A DNA stretch of 60,456 nucleotides, taken from the IMG/VR virus record IMGVR_UViG_3300037422_000673, positions 1 through 60,456 of that record. One strand, written 5' to 3'. Position 1 is the first letter of the stretch. Every line of letters begins with the position of its first letter. Below, one piece after another: positions 43,728 through 52,826 of the stretch. The DNA is from a virus. Taxonomy: Duplodnaviria; Caudoviricetes. The position numbers were made by a program, and so were the translations under genes. The notes beneath the pieces were generated by a model, which was not told the DNA's origin, made no database searches, and saw nothing but the letters and a program-made list of their open reading frames with translations.

Positions 43728-43968
43728 CCTGGATGCCCTCACCCGCGCCGCCGCCGGGCAGCGCATCGCCGACGCGAGGGAGCACCTGCGCCGCGCCCAG
43801 GACCACCTGAACGCCGCCCGGCAGTCCCTGGCCCCCCTCACCCCCGAGCCCGCCGTCCGGCGTGACCTGGCTGGCCTGCACGGGCGCTGCGACGACGCGC
43901 ACTACCGACTGCTGTGCCTCGAGCGGTCCCTCGCCGCCGAAGCCCGGCCGGATGGAGCCGCCCTGTGA
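43717..43968 (+). CDS. Hypothetical helical protein
   Basis: Overlapping operonic ORF. Confidence 0.55.
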   Translation: MPPDLDALTRAAAGQRIADAREHLRRAQDHLNAARQSLAPLTPEPAVRRDLAGLHGRCDDAHYRLLCLERSLAAEARPDGAAL

Positions 43969-44153
43969 GCCGGCCCCGCTCTCCCGAGACCGAGGTCCGC
44001 CGCCTGCGGCACCTCCTGCGGCTCGCCCGAACCGGCTTCCGCCTGGTCGAGGACCGCGACGCATCCGACGAGCACCGGCGCCGGTACGCGGACGACATGA
44101 TCCGCCAGATCGACAACACCCTCTCACCGCGCCGTCCCCGGAGGCGCTCGTGA
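43965..44153 (+). CDS. Hypothetical protein
   Basis: GTGA coupling. Confidence 0.55.
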   Translation: MSRPRSPETEVRRLRHLLRLARTGFRLVEDRDASDEHRRRYADDMIRQIDNTLSPRRPRRRS

Positions 44154-44392
44154 GTCAGGCCGTCGACGTCGGCGCTGTGCCTCTCCAGCTGCTTCGCGAC
44201 GGGGAGGAGTGCCTCCAGCGCGCCCGCACAGGGATCGAGGCTGGCACGGACCGCATCATCGTCGCCCAGGATCTCCGCGACGCGGGCGAGTCCCTCATCG
44301 CGGCCGCCGACGAGCTCGCGCTCCACGAGCGCAGGCGGCGGCTTCTCCCGCTCGGGCTCGCCGCCCGGCGCCGCCGAGGGGACCAGCCGTGA
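44150..44392 (+). CDS. Hypothetical protein
   Basis: GTGA coupling. Confidence 0.55.
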   Translation: MSQAVDVGAVPLQLLRDGEECLQRARTGIEAGTDRIIVAQDLRDAGESLIAAADELALHERRRRLLPLGLAARRRRGDQP

Positions 44393-44907
44393 TCTTGATC
44401 CCCCTCACCCGCGGGCAGGTCGCCACCATCGACGACGAGGATGTTCATCTCTCCCGCAAGCGGTGGCGCGCGCTGTGGCGCAACGGGCGCGGTTGGTACG
44501 CGATGCGCAACGAGGGCAGCAAGGTCGTCTACCTCCACCATGCCGTACTCGGCCCGGTCGCAACGGCGGAGATCGACCACGTGAACGGCAACGGACTCGA
44601 CTGCCGGCGAGCAAACCTTCGGCCCGCGACGAACAGCCAAAACCAGGCGAACCGACGCGCTCCCCGCAACAACACATCCGGATTTCGTGGCGTCTCCTGG
44701 CACAAGAGTGAAGGAAAGTGGCGAGCCGTCATCAAGGTACACCAACGGCAAACGCAGCTCGGGTACTTCGGCGCGCCAGAAGATGCCGCGCGCGCGTATG
44801 ACGCCGCAGCCAGGCGGGCCTTCGGTGAATTCGCCCGGGTCAACTTCCCTGGCCCCAGCGAGCGGTCGGCCCGTGAGCCGGCGCTCGCCGCCGGAGGCCG
44901 GCCGTGA
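44389..44907 (+). CDS. HNH-AP2 homing endonuclease
   Basis: 'IDHVNGNGLDCRRANLR.AT.SQN', 'NTSGFRGVSW....KWRAVI', 'AARAYDAAA..FGEFA..NFP'. Confidence 0.92.
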   Translation: MILIPLTRGQVATIDDEDVHLSRKRWRALWRNGRGWYAMRNEGSKVVYLHHAVLGPVATAEIDHVNGNGLDCRRANLRPATNSQNQANRRAPRNNTSGFRGVSWHKSEGKWRAVIKVHQRQTQLGYFGAPEDAARAYDAAARRAFGEFARVNFPGPSERSAREPALAAGGRP

Positions 44908-45284
44908 CCTGCTTCCTCTGCGGCCTCGCGCCTCGCGGCCAGATGATCGCCGCCTACGTCGGCCGCGACGCCGTCCACTTCGACTGCTTCTCCGCGGCGG
45001 ACCGGGCCTCGGAGGCGTTCGACCTCCAGTACGCCACGGCGATCATGGTGCTCGGCGGCTGCCTTGACACCGACGTCATCACCGTCGCCGAGCAGAACCG
45101 CCTGCGCTGGTCGAAGCGCAAGCCCCCGCAGGCAACCCGCCCGTCGGCCGCCGGTGCGCGCGCCCAGGTCACCACCTCGCCCCGCGCCGCCTGGGGCTGC
45201 CGCCTCGCCGTCCAGCGCAGCGTCGAGGGCGCCCGCCGGCGTCTGGCCGCCCGCGGCATCGTCATCGTCTCGGAGGCCGCGTAG
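44904..45284 (+). CDS. Hypothetical Cys/His protein
   Basis: 'CFLCG...HFDC'; GTGA coupling. Confidence 0.6.
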   Translation: MTCFLCGLAPRGQMIAAYVGRDAVHFDCFSAADRASEAFDLQYATAIMVLGGCLDTDVITVAEQNRLRWSKRKPPQATRPSAAGARAQVTTSPRAAWGCRLAVQRSVEGARRRLAARGIVIVSEAA

Positions 45285-45488
45285 ATGGCCTCCCGCGGGA
45301 AGCTCCGGCGCATCGACGCCTTCCTCGACAGCCGCTGGTCCGGCCGGACCGAGCAGCACCGCGTCCGCCTCTCCTGCGGCCACGAGGCGTGGACCACCGG
45401 GCGCTCCGGCGCCACGCCCGAGCACGGCTACTGCCGCCACCCCGACTGTGTGTTCGGCGCGACCCCCCCGAAGGGAGTCGCGGCGTGA
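45285..45488 (+). CDS. Small zinc-ribbon protein
   Basis: 'LSCGH...CRHPDC'. Confidence 0.65.
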   Translation: MASRGKLRRIDAFLDSRWSGRTEQHRVRLSCGHEAWTTGRSGATPEHGYCRHPDCVFGATPPKGVAA

Positions 45489-46843
45489 CCTACGAGTCCT
45501 TCCTCGCCGCCAAGGAGCCGGCCGCGGCGCCCTGCGGGATCACGCCGCGGGACATCCACCCCGCGCTCTTCCCGTTCCAGCGGGACATCGTCGAGTGGGC
45601 GGTCCGCCGCGGCCGCGCCGCCATCTTCGCCGACACGGGCCTGGGCAAGACCCGCATGCAGCTCGAGTGGGCCCGGCAGGTCGGCGGCCCCGCGCTCGTC
45701 TTGGCCCCGCTCGCGGTCGCGCACCAGACCATCCGCGAAGGGAAGGCTCTCGGCCTCGACGTCGTTTACGCGCGCAGCCAGGAGGAGGCCGGGGCCGGCG
45801 TCTCCATCACGAACTACGAGCGGCTCGACCGCTTCGACCTCTCGCGCTTCCGGGCCGTAGTACTCGACGAGTCCTCCATCCTGAAGAGCTTCATGGGCGC
45901 CACCAAGCGCGCCCTCGTCGAGCGCTGCGCGGTCGTCCCGTACCGGCTCGCCTGCACCGCGACGCCGGCGCCGAACGACCACATGGAGATCGGGAACCAC
46001 GCCGAGTTCCTCGGGGTGATGCTCTCTCACGAGATGCTCGCGCGCTGGTTCATCAACGACACCAGCACGTTCGGCACCTACCGCCTGAAGGGCCACGCCG
46101 TCGGGCTGTTCTGGGACTGGGTCACCTCGTGGGCCCGCTGCGTCGGCAAGCCCAGCGACCTCGGCTACTCGGACGATGGCTTCGTGCTCCCCGCGCTCGA
46201 GGAGCGGCATCATGTCCTCCGCGTCGACCTCACCGAGGAACGGGGCGCCGCGCTCTTCCGGCTCCCCGAGCTCTCCGCCACGAGCATTCACGCCGAGAAG
46301 CGCCGAACGGCCGCCGACCGCGCGCGCCGCGTCGCCGAGCTCGTCGCCGCCGAGCCGGCCGAGCCGTGGATCGTCTGGTGCGAGACCGACTACGAGGCGG
46401 ACGAGCTGACCGCGCTCATCCCGGATGCGGTCGAGGTCCGGGGCAGCATGAAGCCCGAGGAGAAGGAGCGGCGCCTCGTCGACTTCAGCGAGGGCAGGAC
46501 GCGCCTCCTCGTCACGAAGCCCTCGCTCGCAGGCTTCGGGCTCAACTGGCAGCACTGCGCCCGGATGGCGTTCGTCGGCGTCTCCTTCTCGTACGAGCAG
46601 CTCTACCAGGCCATCCGCCGCAGCTGGCGCTTCGGACAGAAGCGCGCCGTTCACGCGCACATCGTGATGGCGGAGACCGAGCGCGACGTCTTCGCGGTCG
46701 TGAAGGCGAAGGCCGAGGGCCACGCCGAGATGAAGGACCAGATGTTCGCGGCCATGCGCCGGGCGCAGTCCCGCGACTCCAACCGCCTCCGGTACGAGGC
46801 GCTCCAGGCGGCGAACGTGCCCGCCTGGCTCCAGGCGAGGTGA
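45485..46843 (+). CDS. SNF2-like superfamily 2 helicase
   Basis: 'LFPFQRD', 'DTGLGKT', 'LDESS', 'TATPAPND', 'GFGLNWQ', 'QAIRRSWRFGQ'. Confidence 0.93.
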   Translation: MTYESFLAAKEPAAAPCGITPRDIHPALFPFQRDIVEWAVRRGRAAIFADTGLGKTRMQLEWARQVGGPALVLAPLAVAHQTIREGKALGLDVVYARSQEEAGAGVSITNYERLDRFDLSRFRAVVLDESSILKSFMGATKRALVERCAVVPYRLACTATPAPNDHMEIGNHAEFLGVMLSHEMLARWFINDTSTFGTYRLKGHAVGLFWDWVTSWARCVGKPSDLGYSDDGFVLPALEERHHVLRVDLTEERGAALFRLPELSATSIHAEKRRTAADRARRVAELVAAEPAEPWIVWCETDYEADELTALIPDAVEVRGSMKPEEKERRLVDFSEGRTRLLVTKPSLAGFGLNWQHCARMAFVGVSFSYEQLYQAIRRSWRFGQKRAVHAHIVMAETERDVFAVVKAKAEGHAEMKDQMFAAMRRAQSRDSNRLRYEALQAANVPAWLQAR

Positions 46844-46847
46844 CGGG

Positions 46848-47747
46848 ATGGTGAGCTGCATCAACGCCGCGTTCGGCACGGACTGGGCCCTCTACCAGGG
46901 CGACTGCGTGGAGGTCCTCGCGCAGCTTCCGGAGCGCTCCATCGACTTCGCGCTCTACTCCCCGCCGTTCGCGAACCTCTACGTCTACTCGGACTCCGAG
47001 CGCGACATGGGGAACTGCGCCGACGACGCGGAGTTCCTCGCCCACTACGAGTACTGCGTCCGCGAGGTCTACCGCCTCCTGCGCCCGGGCCGCGTCGTCG
47101 CCGTCCACTGCAAGGACCTCGTCAACTACAAGGGCCGCGACGGGATGGCCGGGCTGCGCGACTTCCCCGGCGACCTCATCCGCCTGCACCAGGCGTGTGG
47201 CTTCGCCTACCACTCCCGCGTCACGGTCTGGAAATGCCCCGTGACGGAGATGCAGCGCACGAAGGCGCACGGGCTCCTCTACAAGCAGCTCCGCAAGGAC
47301 TCGACGTTCAGCCGGCAGGGTCTCGCCGAGTACGTCCTCGTGTTCCGGAAGTGGGCGCACACCGAGGCCGACGAGTCCGAGGTCTCGCCCGTCACCCACA
47401 CCGAGGAGTCCTTCCCGCTCGACCGCTGGCAGGAGTGGGCCTCGCCGGTCTGGATGGACATCGACCAGACCAACGTCCTGAACGTCGAGCAGGCGCGCGA
47501 CGACGAGGACGAGAAGCACATGTGCCCGCTCCAGCTCGACCTCATCGAGCGGAGCCTGACGCTATGGTCGAACCCGGGCGACGTCGTGCTCTCCCCGTTC
47601 GCCGGCATCGCCTCGGAGGGCGTCGGCGCGCTCCGCATCAGCCGGAAGTTCGTCGGCGTCGAGCTGAAGGAGAGCTACTTCAAGACCGCCGAGTCGAACC
47701 TCCGCGGCGCGCGCTCGCAGCTCGGGCTCTTCGGGGAGGGCGCGTAG
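46848..47747 (+). CDS. Beta-class amino-DNA methyltransferase (SPPF, probably N4-cytosine)
   Basis: 'YSPPFANLY', 'KHMCPLQL', 'VLSPFAGIASEG', 'GVELKESY'. Confidence 0.92.
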   Translation: MVSCINAAFGTDWALYQGDCVEVLAQLPERSIDFALYSPPFANLYVYSDSERDMGNCADDAEFLAHYEYCVREVYRLLRPGRVVAVHCKDLVNYKGRDGMAGLRDFPGDLIRLHQACGFAYHSRVTVWKCPVTEMQRTKAHGLLYKQLRKDSTFSRQGLAEYVLVFRKWAHTEADESEVSPVTHTEESFPLDRWQEWASPVWMDIDQTNVLNVEQARDDEDEKHMCPLQLDLIERSLTLWSNPGDVVLSPFAGIASEGVGALRISRKFVGVELKESYFKTAESNLRGARSQLGLFGEGA

Positions 47748-49631
47748 ATGGCCGCCGTCCATGAGTTCACCGTCCTCTTCCCGTTCTGCGGGCTCGGCGC
47801 CGGCGCGCGCGGCTTCCTCGAGGCCATGGCGCAGCTCGGCCGCGACCGCGCCCGGTTCGTGAACCTCGGCGGCATCGACCTGGACGCCGAGGCCTGCCGC
47901 GACTTCGAGATGCTCTCCGACGGGCCGGCCCTCTGCGCCGACATGTCGAAGCTCACGCCGTCGGAGCTGCTCGCGTTCGCCGGGGCGCGCCGGCCCGACT
48001 GCGTGTTCCTGTCGCCGCCGTGCAAGGGGTTCTCCCGCCTGCTCCCGACGGCGAGCGCCGCCCGCGAGAAGTACCAGGCGCTGAACCGGCTCGTGCTCCA
48101 GGGGCTCTTCCTCATCTGCGAGGCGTGGCCCTCCCCGCCCCCGGCGATCATCGTGGAGAACGTCCCGGGGATCATGTCGCGCGGCGCGGAGCTGCTCGGC
48201 AAGGTGCGGCGGCTCCTCGCGCAGTACGGGTACGTCTTCCACGAGGGGACGCACGACTGCGGCGAGGTGGGCGGGCTTGGCCAGCACCGGCGCCGGTTCC
48301 TCCTCATCGCCCGGCGCCCGGCGGACGTGCCCGCGTTCATCTACCGGCCGCCACTCCAGCGCGTGAAGGGGTGCGGCGAGGTCCTCGGCGAGCTCCCGCT
48401 GCCGGAGGACGAGGGCGCGGGCGCGCTGCACCGCCTGCCGAAGATCTCGTGGCTGAACTGGGTGCGCCTCGCCCTCATCCCCGCGGGCGGCGACTGGCGC
48501 GACCTCCCCGCCTCCATCCCCGAGGCGCTCCTCGCCCAGACCGCCGCGGGCGCGGAGTCGTTCAAGGGCCGGCCCGGGCTGTTCGGGGTCAACGGCTGGG
48601 ACGAGCCGACGTCCGCGGTGACGGGCTCGGCCTCCGTGTCCGGGTCGAACGGCACGGCGGCCGTCGCCGACCCGCGCCTCCTCACGCCGCTCGAGCCCGG
48701 GCAGGCGCGCCGCGAGGTGTTCGCCAAGTACGACGTCCGCCCGTGGGACGAGCCCGCGCGCACCGTCGCCGGCAGCGGGACGAACGGCGGCTTCGCGGTG
48801 GCAGACCCGCGGATCGGCCGCGGCGACAGCTCGCGCGGCGGCACCTTCGGCGTGGTCTCCTGCGCCGAGCCCACGCCGGCCGTCACCGGCGCGATGGCCG
48901 TCGCGCAGTCGAACACGCCGGCGGCGGTCGCTGACCCGCGACTGCCTCCGAATCCGAACCGCCACGAGGCCAAGTTCCGCGTGACAGGGTGGGATGCCCC
49001 CTCGCACCCGGTGACGGGAGCGCGCCCGGTTACGTCCGGCGGGCCGGCCGTCGCGGATCCCCGCCTCGCGCTCGACCATTCGCCCTACCGTGGCGCGCTC
49101 GGCGTGGTGGACTGGGCCGACCCGGCGCCCACCGTGCGCGGGGCGTCGAACGTCCGGACCGGACCGGGCTCCGTCGCCGACCCCCGCCCGACGTGCGTGC
49201 CACGCGCGACCGCCTACGGCGTGCTCCGCTGGGACGAGGCCGCGGCGACAGTCGCCGGCGGACGAATCGACAACGGCACCTACGCCGTCGCCGACCCCCG
49301 CCGCGCGCCCCAGCACGTCCCCGTAATCGTCGCCGCGGACGGGACGTGGCACCGGCCGATGACCCTCCTCGACCGGGCCGCCCTCCAGGGCCTGCCCGCG
49401 CGCGTCCGGGGCGAGCCCCTCCGCCTCGCCGGACGGTCCAGCGCAGCTCACGGCGAGCGCATCGGGAACGCCGTTCCGGTCCAGGCCGCGACCGCCATCG
49501 CCGTCTCGATCCTGAAGTCCCTCCTCGCCGGCTCGCTCGGCACCTGGTTCCTCTCGAGCGAGGGGATCTGGGTGCGCGAGGACGGCCGGGCGCGCGAGGA
49601 GCTCGAGGCGCGGGAGGTCCTCTCCGCATGA
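47748..49631 (+). CDS. C5-cytosine DNA methyltransferase with six internal repeats
   Basis: 'FCGLGAG', 'SPPCKGFS', 'ENVP', 'QHRRR', 'IGNAVP'; 6 x (V..W.EP..TV.G...VADPR). Confidence 0.92.
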   Translation: MAAVHEFTVLFPFCGLGAGARGFLEAMAQLGRDRARFVNLGGIDLDAEACRDFEMLSDGPALCADMSKLTPSELLAFAGARRPDCVFLSPPCKGFSRLLPTASAAREKYQALNRLVLQGLFLICEAWPSPPPAIIVENVPGIMSRGAELLGKVRRLLAQYGYVFHEGTHDCGEVGGLGQHRRRFLLIARRPADVPAFIYRPPLQRVKGCGEVLGELPLPEDEGAGALHRLPKISWLNWVRLALIPAGGDWRDLPASIPEALLAQTAAGAESFKGRPGLFGVNGWDEPTSAVTGSASVSGSNGTAAVADPRLLTPLEPGQARREVFAKYDVRPWDEPARTVAGSGTNGGFAVADPRIGRGDSSRGGTFGVVSCAEPTPAVTGAMAVAQSNTPAAVADPRLPPNPNRHEAKFRVTGWDAPSHPVTGARPVTSGGPAVADPRLALDHSPYRGALGVVDWADPAPTVRGASNVRTGPGSVADPRPTCVPRATAYGVLRWDEAAATVAGGRIDNGTYAVADPRRAPQHVPVIVAADGTWHRPMTLLDRAALQGLPARVRGEPLRLAGRSSAAHGERIGNAVPVQAATAIAVSILKSLLAGSLGTWFLSSEGIWVREDGRAREELEAREVLSA

Positions 49632-49960
49632 AGCCCCGCCCCCCGCTCCCGCCTCCCCGCGAGATCCGCGAGGGCCACGTGCCGCCTCGCCCGCCGCCGA
49701 ACCCCATCCCCAGCGACGGACGCGTCATCAGCGACGACAGCGCCTGGGACGTCTGGTTCCCCCGCGTGATCATCGGGTTCTTCGCGGTCGCTTCGGCGTT
49801 CTACGTGTTCATGATGGCCAGGCTGCTGCTCTTCGTTCCGCGCCGCTGCCTCGAGCCCCGCCAGGTCGTCGAGTACGTGGAGACTCCGAGCGGCTACCTG
49901 CGCCAGGACGTGCACCTCGTCTGCGACCGCTGGGCAGACGAGGAGGTCGAGCGCCCGTGA
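49628..49960 (+). CDS. Small single-TM protein
   Basis: Pro-rich N-terminus, hydrophobic helix; ATGA/GTGA coupling. Confidence 0.65.
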   Translation: MKPRPPLPPPREIREGHVPPRPPPNPIPSDGRVISDDSAWDVWFPRVIIGFFAVASAFYVFMMARLLLFVPRRCLEPRQVVEYVETPSGYLRQDVHLVCDRWADEEVERP

Positions 49961-50829
49961 CGACCCCCGCCCAGCGCTGGAACCGCGGCCGCGAGTACTA
50001 CCGGACCGACCGCGACACCATCGACCCCCGCCGCCATGGCGCCGAGGAGATCGCCGAGCTCGACGCGCGCCGCTTCCTCGTCGCCCACCACTACGCCGGC
50101 TCCGACTCCTACCCCGCCACCCAGCTCCGGGTCGGCCTCTTCCGCTCCACGGGCCTCGGCGCGCCGCGCCTGGTCGGCGCCGCTGTTTTCGGCGTGCCCC
50201 AGGCCGGCGCCTCCATCACCCGGTGGACCGGGCTCCCCGCCGAGCACGGCGTGGTCCTGCAGCGGCTGGCACTTCTCGACGAGGTCGAGGCCTACGGCGA
50301 GACCTGGTTCCTCTCCCGCGCCTTCGACGCCGTGCGGGCGCGGCTCCCCCTGGTGCAGGCCGTCCTCACGTACGCGGACCCCGTCGCCCGGGTGAACGCC
50401 GCCGGCGTCGAGTACAAGCCGGGCCACATCGGGCACATCTACAAGGCGTTCTCCGGCTGCTACCTGGGCACCACGCGCCGGGACGACACCTACCTGACGC
50501 CGGGGGCCGTCGTCCTCGCGCCGCGGTCGGTGTCGAAGCTGCGCAACTCCGAGCGCGGCCGCGGCGGCGTGGAGGCGCGCCTGCTCCGGCTCGGCGCCCC
50601 GGCGCGGGCGCCGGGCGAGGCGGACCGCGACTACGCCCTCCGGCTCGTCCGGTGCGGCTGGCTGCGCCGGCTCCGCCGTCCCGGGAACCACGCCTACGCC
50701 TGGCCCCTCGTCCACGGCGGCGCGCGCCGGCGGCTCCTCGCCACCTGGAAGCTGCGCCCGCCCCCGACCGAGGCGGAGGACTTCGTGCTCGGGCCCGCCC
50801 CCTGGCAGCCGGAAGGAGCGGCGGCGTGA
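49957..50829 (+). CDS. Mom-family (GNAT-like) adenine modification protein
   Basis: 'ARRFLVAHHY', 'LVGAAVFG', 'LQRLALLD', 'ETWFLSRA', 'LTYADP', 'GHIGHIYKA'. Confidence 0.85.
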   Translation: MTTPAQRWNRGREYYRTDRDTIDPRRHGAEEIAELDARRFLVAHHYAGSDSYPATQLRVGLFRSTGLGAPRLVGAAVFGVPQAGASITRWTGLPAEHGVVLQRLALLDEVEAYGETWFLSRAFDAVRARLPLVQAVLTYADPVARVNAAGVEYKPGHIGHIYKAFSGCYLGTTRRDDTYLTPGAVVLAPRSVSKLRNSERGRGGVEARLLRLGAPARAPGEADRDYALRLVRCGWLRRLRRPGNHAYAWPLVHGGARRRLLATWKLRPPPTEAEDFVLGPAPWQPEGAAA

Positions 50830-51449
50830 GCTGGCACCGTGGCCTGCGCGAGAAGGTGCGCGAGTTCCTCACGGCGTGCGTGGGGCCGGACTGGCCCGGG
50901 CGCGCCGCCCAGGCGCAGCGCCTCCTCGATGCCCTGCCCTCCGAGGCGGACCTCGCCACCGCCGGGCGGCGCGGCGCGGCCGAGCCGCCGCCGCGCCCCG
51001 GCCGCATCGACAAGAGTGCGCTCCCCTTCGCTCCGCGCATGCACGAGCGCCAGCGCACCCGCGCCGCCGACGCCGTGGGCGGGATCGGCGTCCTCCGCCA
51101 GCGCGTCCTCGCGCGAGCTCGCGGGCGGTGCGAGTTCCGGTGTGCCGTTCCCGGCGAGCCGACCGACGCGCACCACGTGCTGGGCGGCGCGGATCGCCGG
51201 AGCCTCGAGTCGGAGTTCACGCTCGCGGCCGTCTGCGAGGAGTGCCACGGCCGGTGCAACGCCTCGCCGGCGTGGGCCCGCGAGCAGGGCCTCGCCTGGG
51301 CGCGCCGGATGGCGGACGACGCGCGCGCCGCCGGCGACGAGACGGGCGTCGCCGGGTTCACGGCCACCGCCGAGCTGCTCGAGGGACGCGTCGCGCTCGC
51401 GGCCGCGCAGGCCCGGCCCCTCGTCGACCTGGAGGACGACCCGGCATGA
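50826..51449 (+). CDS. HNH-like domain protein
   Basis: 'RARGRCEFRC...DAHHV.GG.......LAAVCEECH'. Confidence 0.7.
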   Translation: MSWHRGLREKVREFLTACVGPDWPGRAAQAQRLLDALPSEADLATAGRRGAAEPPPRPGRIDKSALPFAPRMHERQRTRAADAVGGIGVLRQRVLARARGRCEFRCAVPGEPTDAHHVLGGADRRSLESEFTLAAVCEECHGRCNASPAWAREQGLAWARRMADDARAAGDETGVAGFTATAELLEGRVALAAAQARPLVDLEDDPA

Positions 51450-52093
51450 AGTCTGTGGCGATCGACCTGGCTGGGCAGGAAATCGGGCGGCTCCGGGTGC
51501 TCGCTCGCGCCGGGAGCGACGAGGGCGGACGCGCCCTGTGGCGCTGCATCTGCGAGTGCGGACGGGAGACGGTGGTCCGCGGGAAGGATCTTCGCAGCGG
51601 CAACACGAGATCGTGCGGGTGCCTCGCGCTGGAGAGAACCGCGGAAATGGGAGCCGCAACGCGACGCCACGGAGAGACCGGGACAGCAACGTACCGGTCC
51701 TGGGTGGCGATGCGACGGCGCTGCCACGATCCGGGCGACAAGGACTACCCGAGCTACGGCGGCCGCGGCGTCACGGTCTGCGAGCGGTGGGGAGCGTTCG
51801 AGAACTTCCTCGCTGACATGGGTGAGCGGCCCCCTGGCGCCACTCTCGACCGCTTCCCGCGCAAGGACGGGAACTACGAACCCGGCAACTGTCGATGGGC
51901 TTCGGCGCGGGACCAGGCCAACAACCGGCGCGACAATCATCTCCTTACGATCGGGGACGACACCGCGTCCCTGACCGAGTGGGCTCGGCGATCGGGGCTA
52001 TCCACCCGATGCATCTGGCACCGCCTCCGAAGAGGCCTGGCGGGCCGCGATCTGCTCGCGCCGTCGCGCAAGAGGGGAGACAGCCGTGGGTGA
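51446..52093 (+). CDS. Phage HNH-type homing endonuclease
   Basis: 'WRCICECG..LRSG.TRSCGC', 'YGGRGVTVCERW', 'LDR...DGNYEPGNCRWA'. Confidence 0.88.
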   Translation: MKSVAIDLAGQEIGRLRVLARAGSDEGGRALWRCICECGRETVVRGKDLRSGNTRSCGCLALERTAEMGAATRRHGETGTATYRSWVAMRRRCHDPGDKDYPSYGGRGVTVCERWGAFENFLADMGERPPGATLDRFPRKDGNYEPGNCRWASARDQANNRRDNHLLTIGDDTASLTEWARRSGLSTRCIWHRLRRGLAGRDLLAPSRKRGDSRG

Positions 52094-52826
52094 GAAGACC
52101 GGCATCAGCTGGACGCACCACACGTGGTCCCCGTGGTGGGGCTGTACGAAGGTCGACCCCTGCTGTGAGCGCTGCTACGCCGAGGCGTTCGACAAACGGG
52201 TGGGTGGCGCGCACTGGGGCCCGGGCCGCCCGCGCCGGGAACTCTCCGGCGCCCACTGGCGCGAGCCGATCCGCTGGAACCGTGAGGCGCGGGACGCCGG
52301 CGAGCGGCGCCGGGTCTTCCCGTCGATGTGCGATCCCTTCGACCTCGAGGCGCCAGCTCGCGCGCGCTTCGGGATGTGGGAGCTCATCCACGAGACGCCG
52401 TACCTCGACTGGCTCCTCCTCACGAAGCGCCCGCAGAACATCCCCACCATGCTGCCGGCGCTCTGGGGGGACGGCTGGCGGAACGTCTGGCTGGGCGTGA
52501 GCATCGGCCACCCGGGCGCGCTGCCGTTCCTGGACGCCCTGCGCGCGGTGCCCGCGGCGGTCCGCTGGATCTCGGCGGAGCCCCTCATCGCCCCCTGGGT
52601 GACGAGCCTCAAGGGGATCGACCTAGTCGTGGTCGGCGGGGAGTCGGGCCCCCGGCCGCGCCCGATGGACGTCGCGTGGGCGCGCGCCCTGCTCGGCCAG
52701 GCCCGCCTCGACGGCGTGGCCGTGTGGATGAAGCAGCTCGGCGGCCACCCCGACCGTCGCGAGCGACTCGAGGACTTCCCGCCCGACCTTCGCGTCCGCG
52801 AGATGCCGGAGGTGTCCCGTGGCTGA
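52086..52826 (+). CDS. DUF5131 (Gp37/Gp68) radical-SAM-like protein
   Basis: 'ISWTHHTWSPWWGCTKVDPCCERCYA', 'LLTKRP', 'SAEPL', 'VGGESG', 'KQLGG'. Confidence 0.93.
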   Translation: MGEKTGISWTHHTWSPWWGCTKVDPCCERCYAEAFDKRVGGAHWGPGRPRRELSGAHWREPIRWNREARDAGERRRVFPSMCDPFDLEAPARARFGMWELIHETPYLDWLLLTKRPQNIPTMLPALWGDGWRNVWLGVSIGHPGALPFLDALRAVPAAVRWISAEPLIAPWVTSLKGIDLVVVGGESGPRPRPMDVAWARALLGQARLDGVAVWMKQLGGHPDRRERLEDFPPDLRVREMPEVSRG

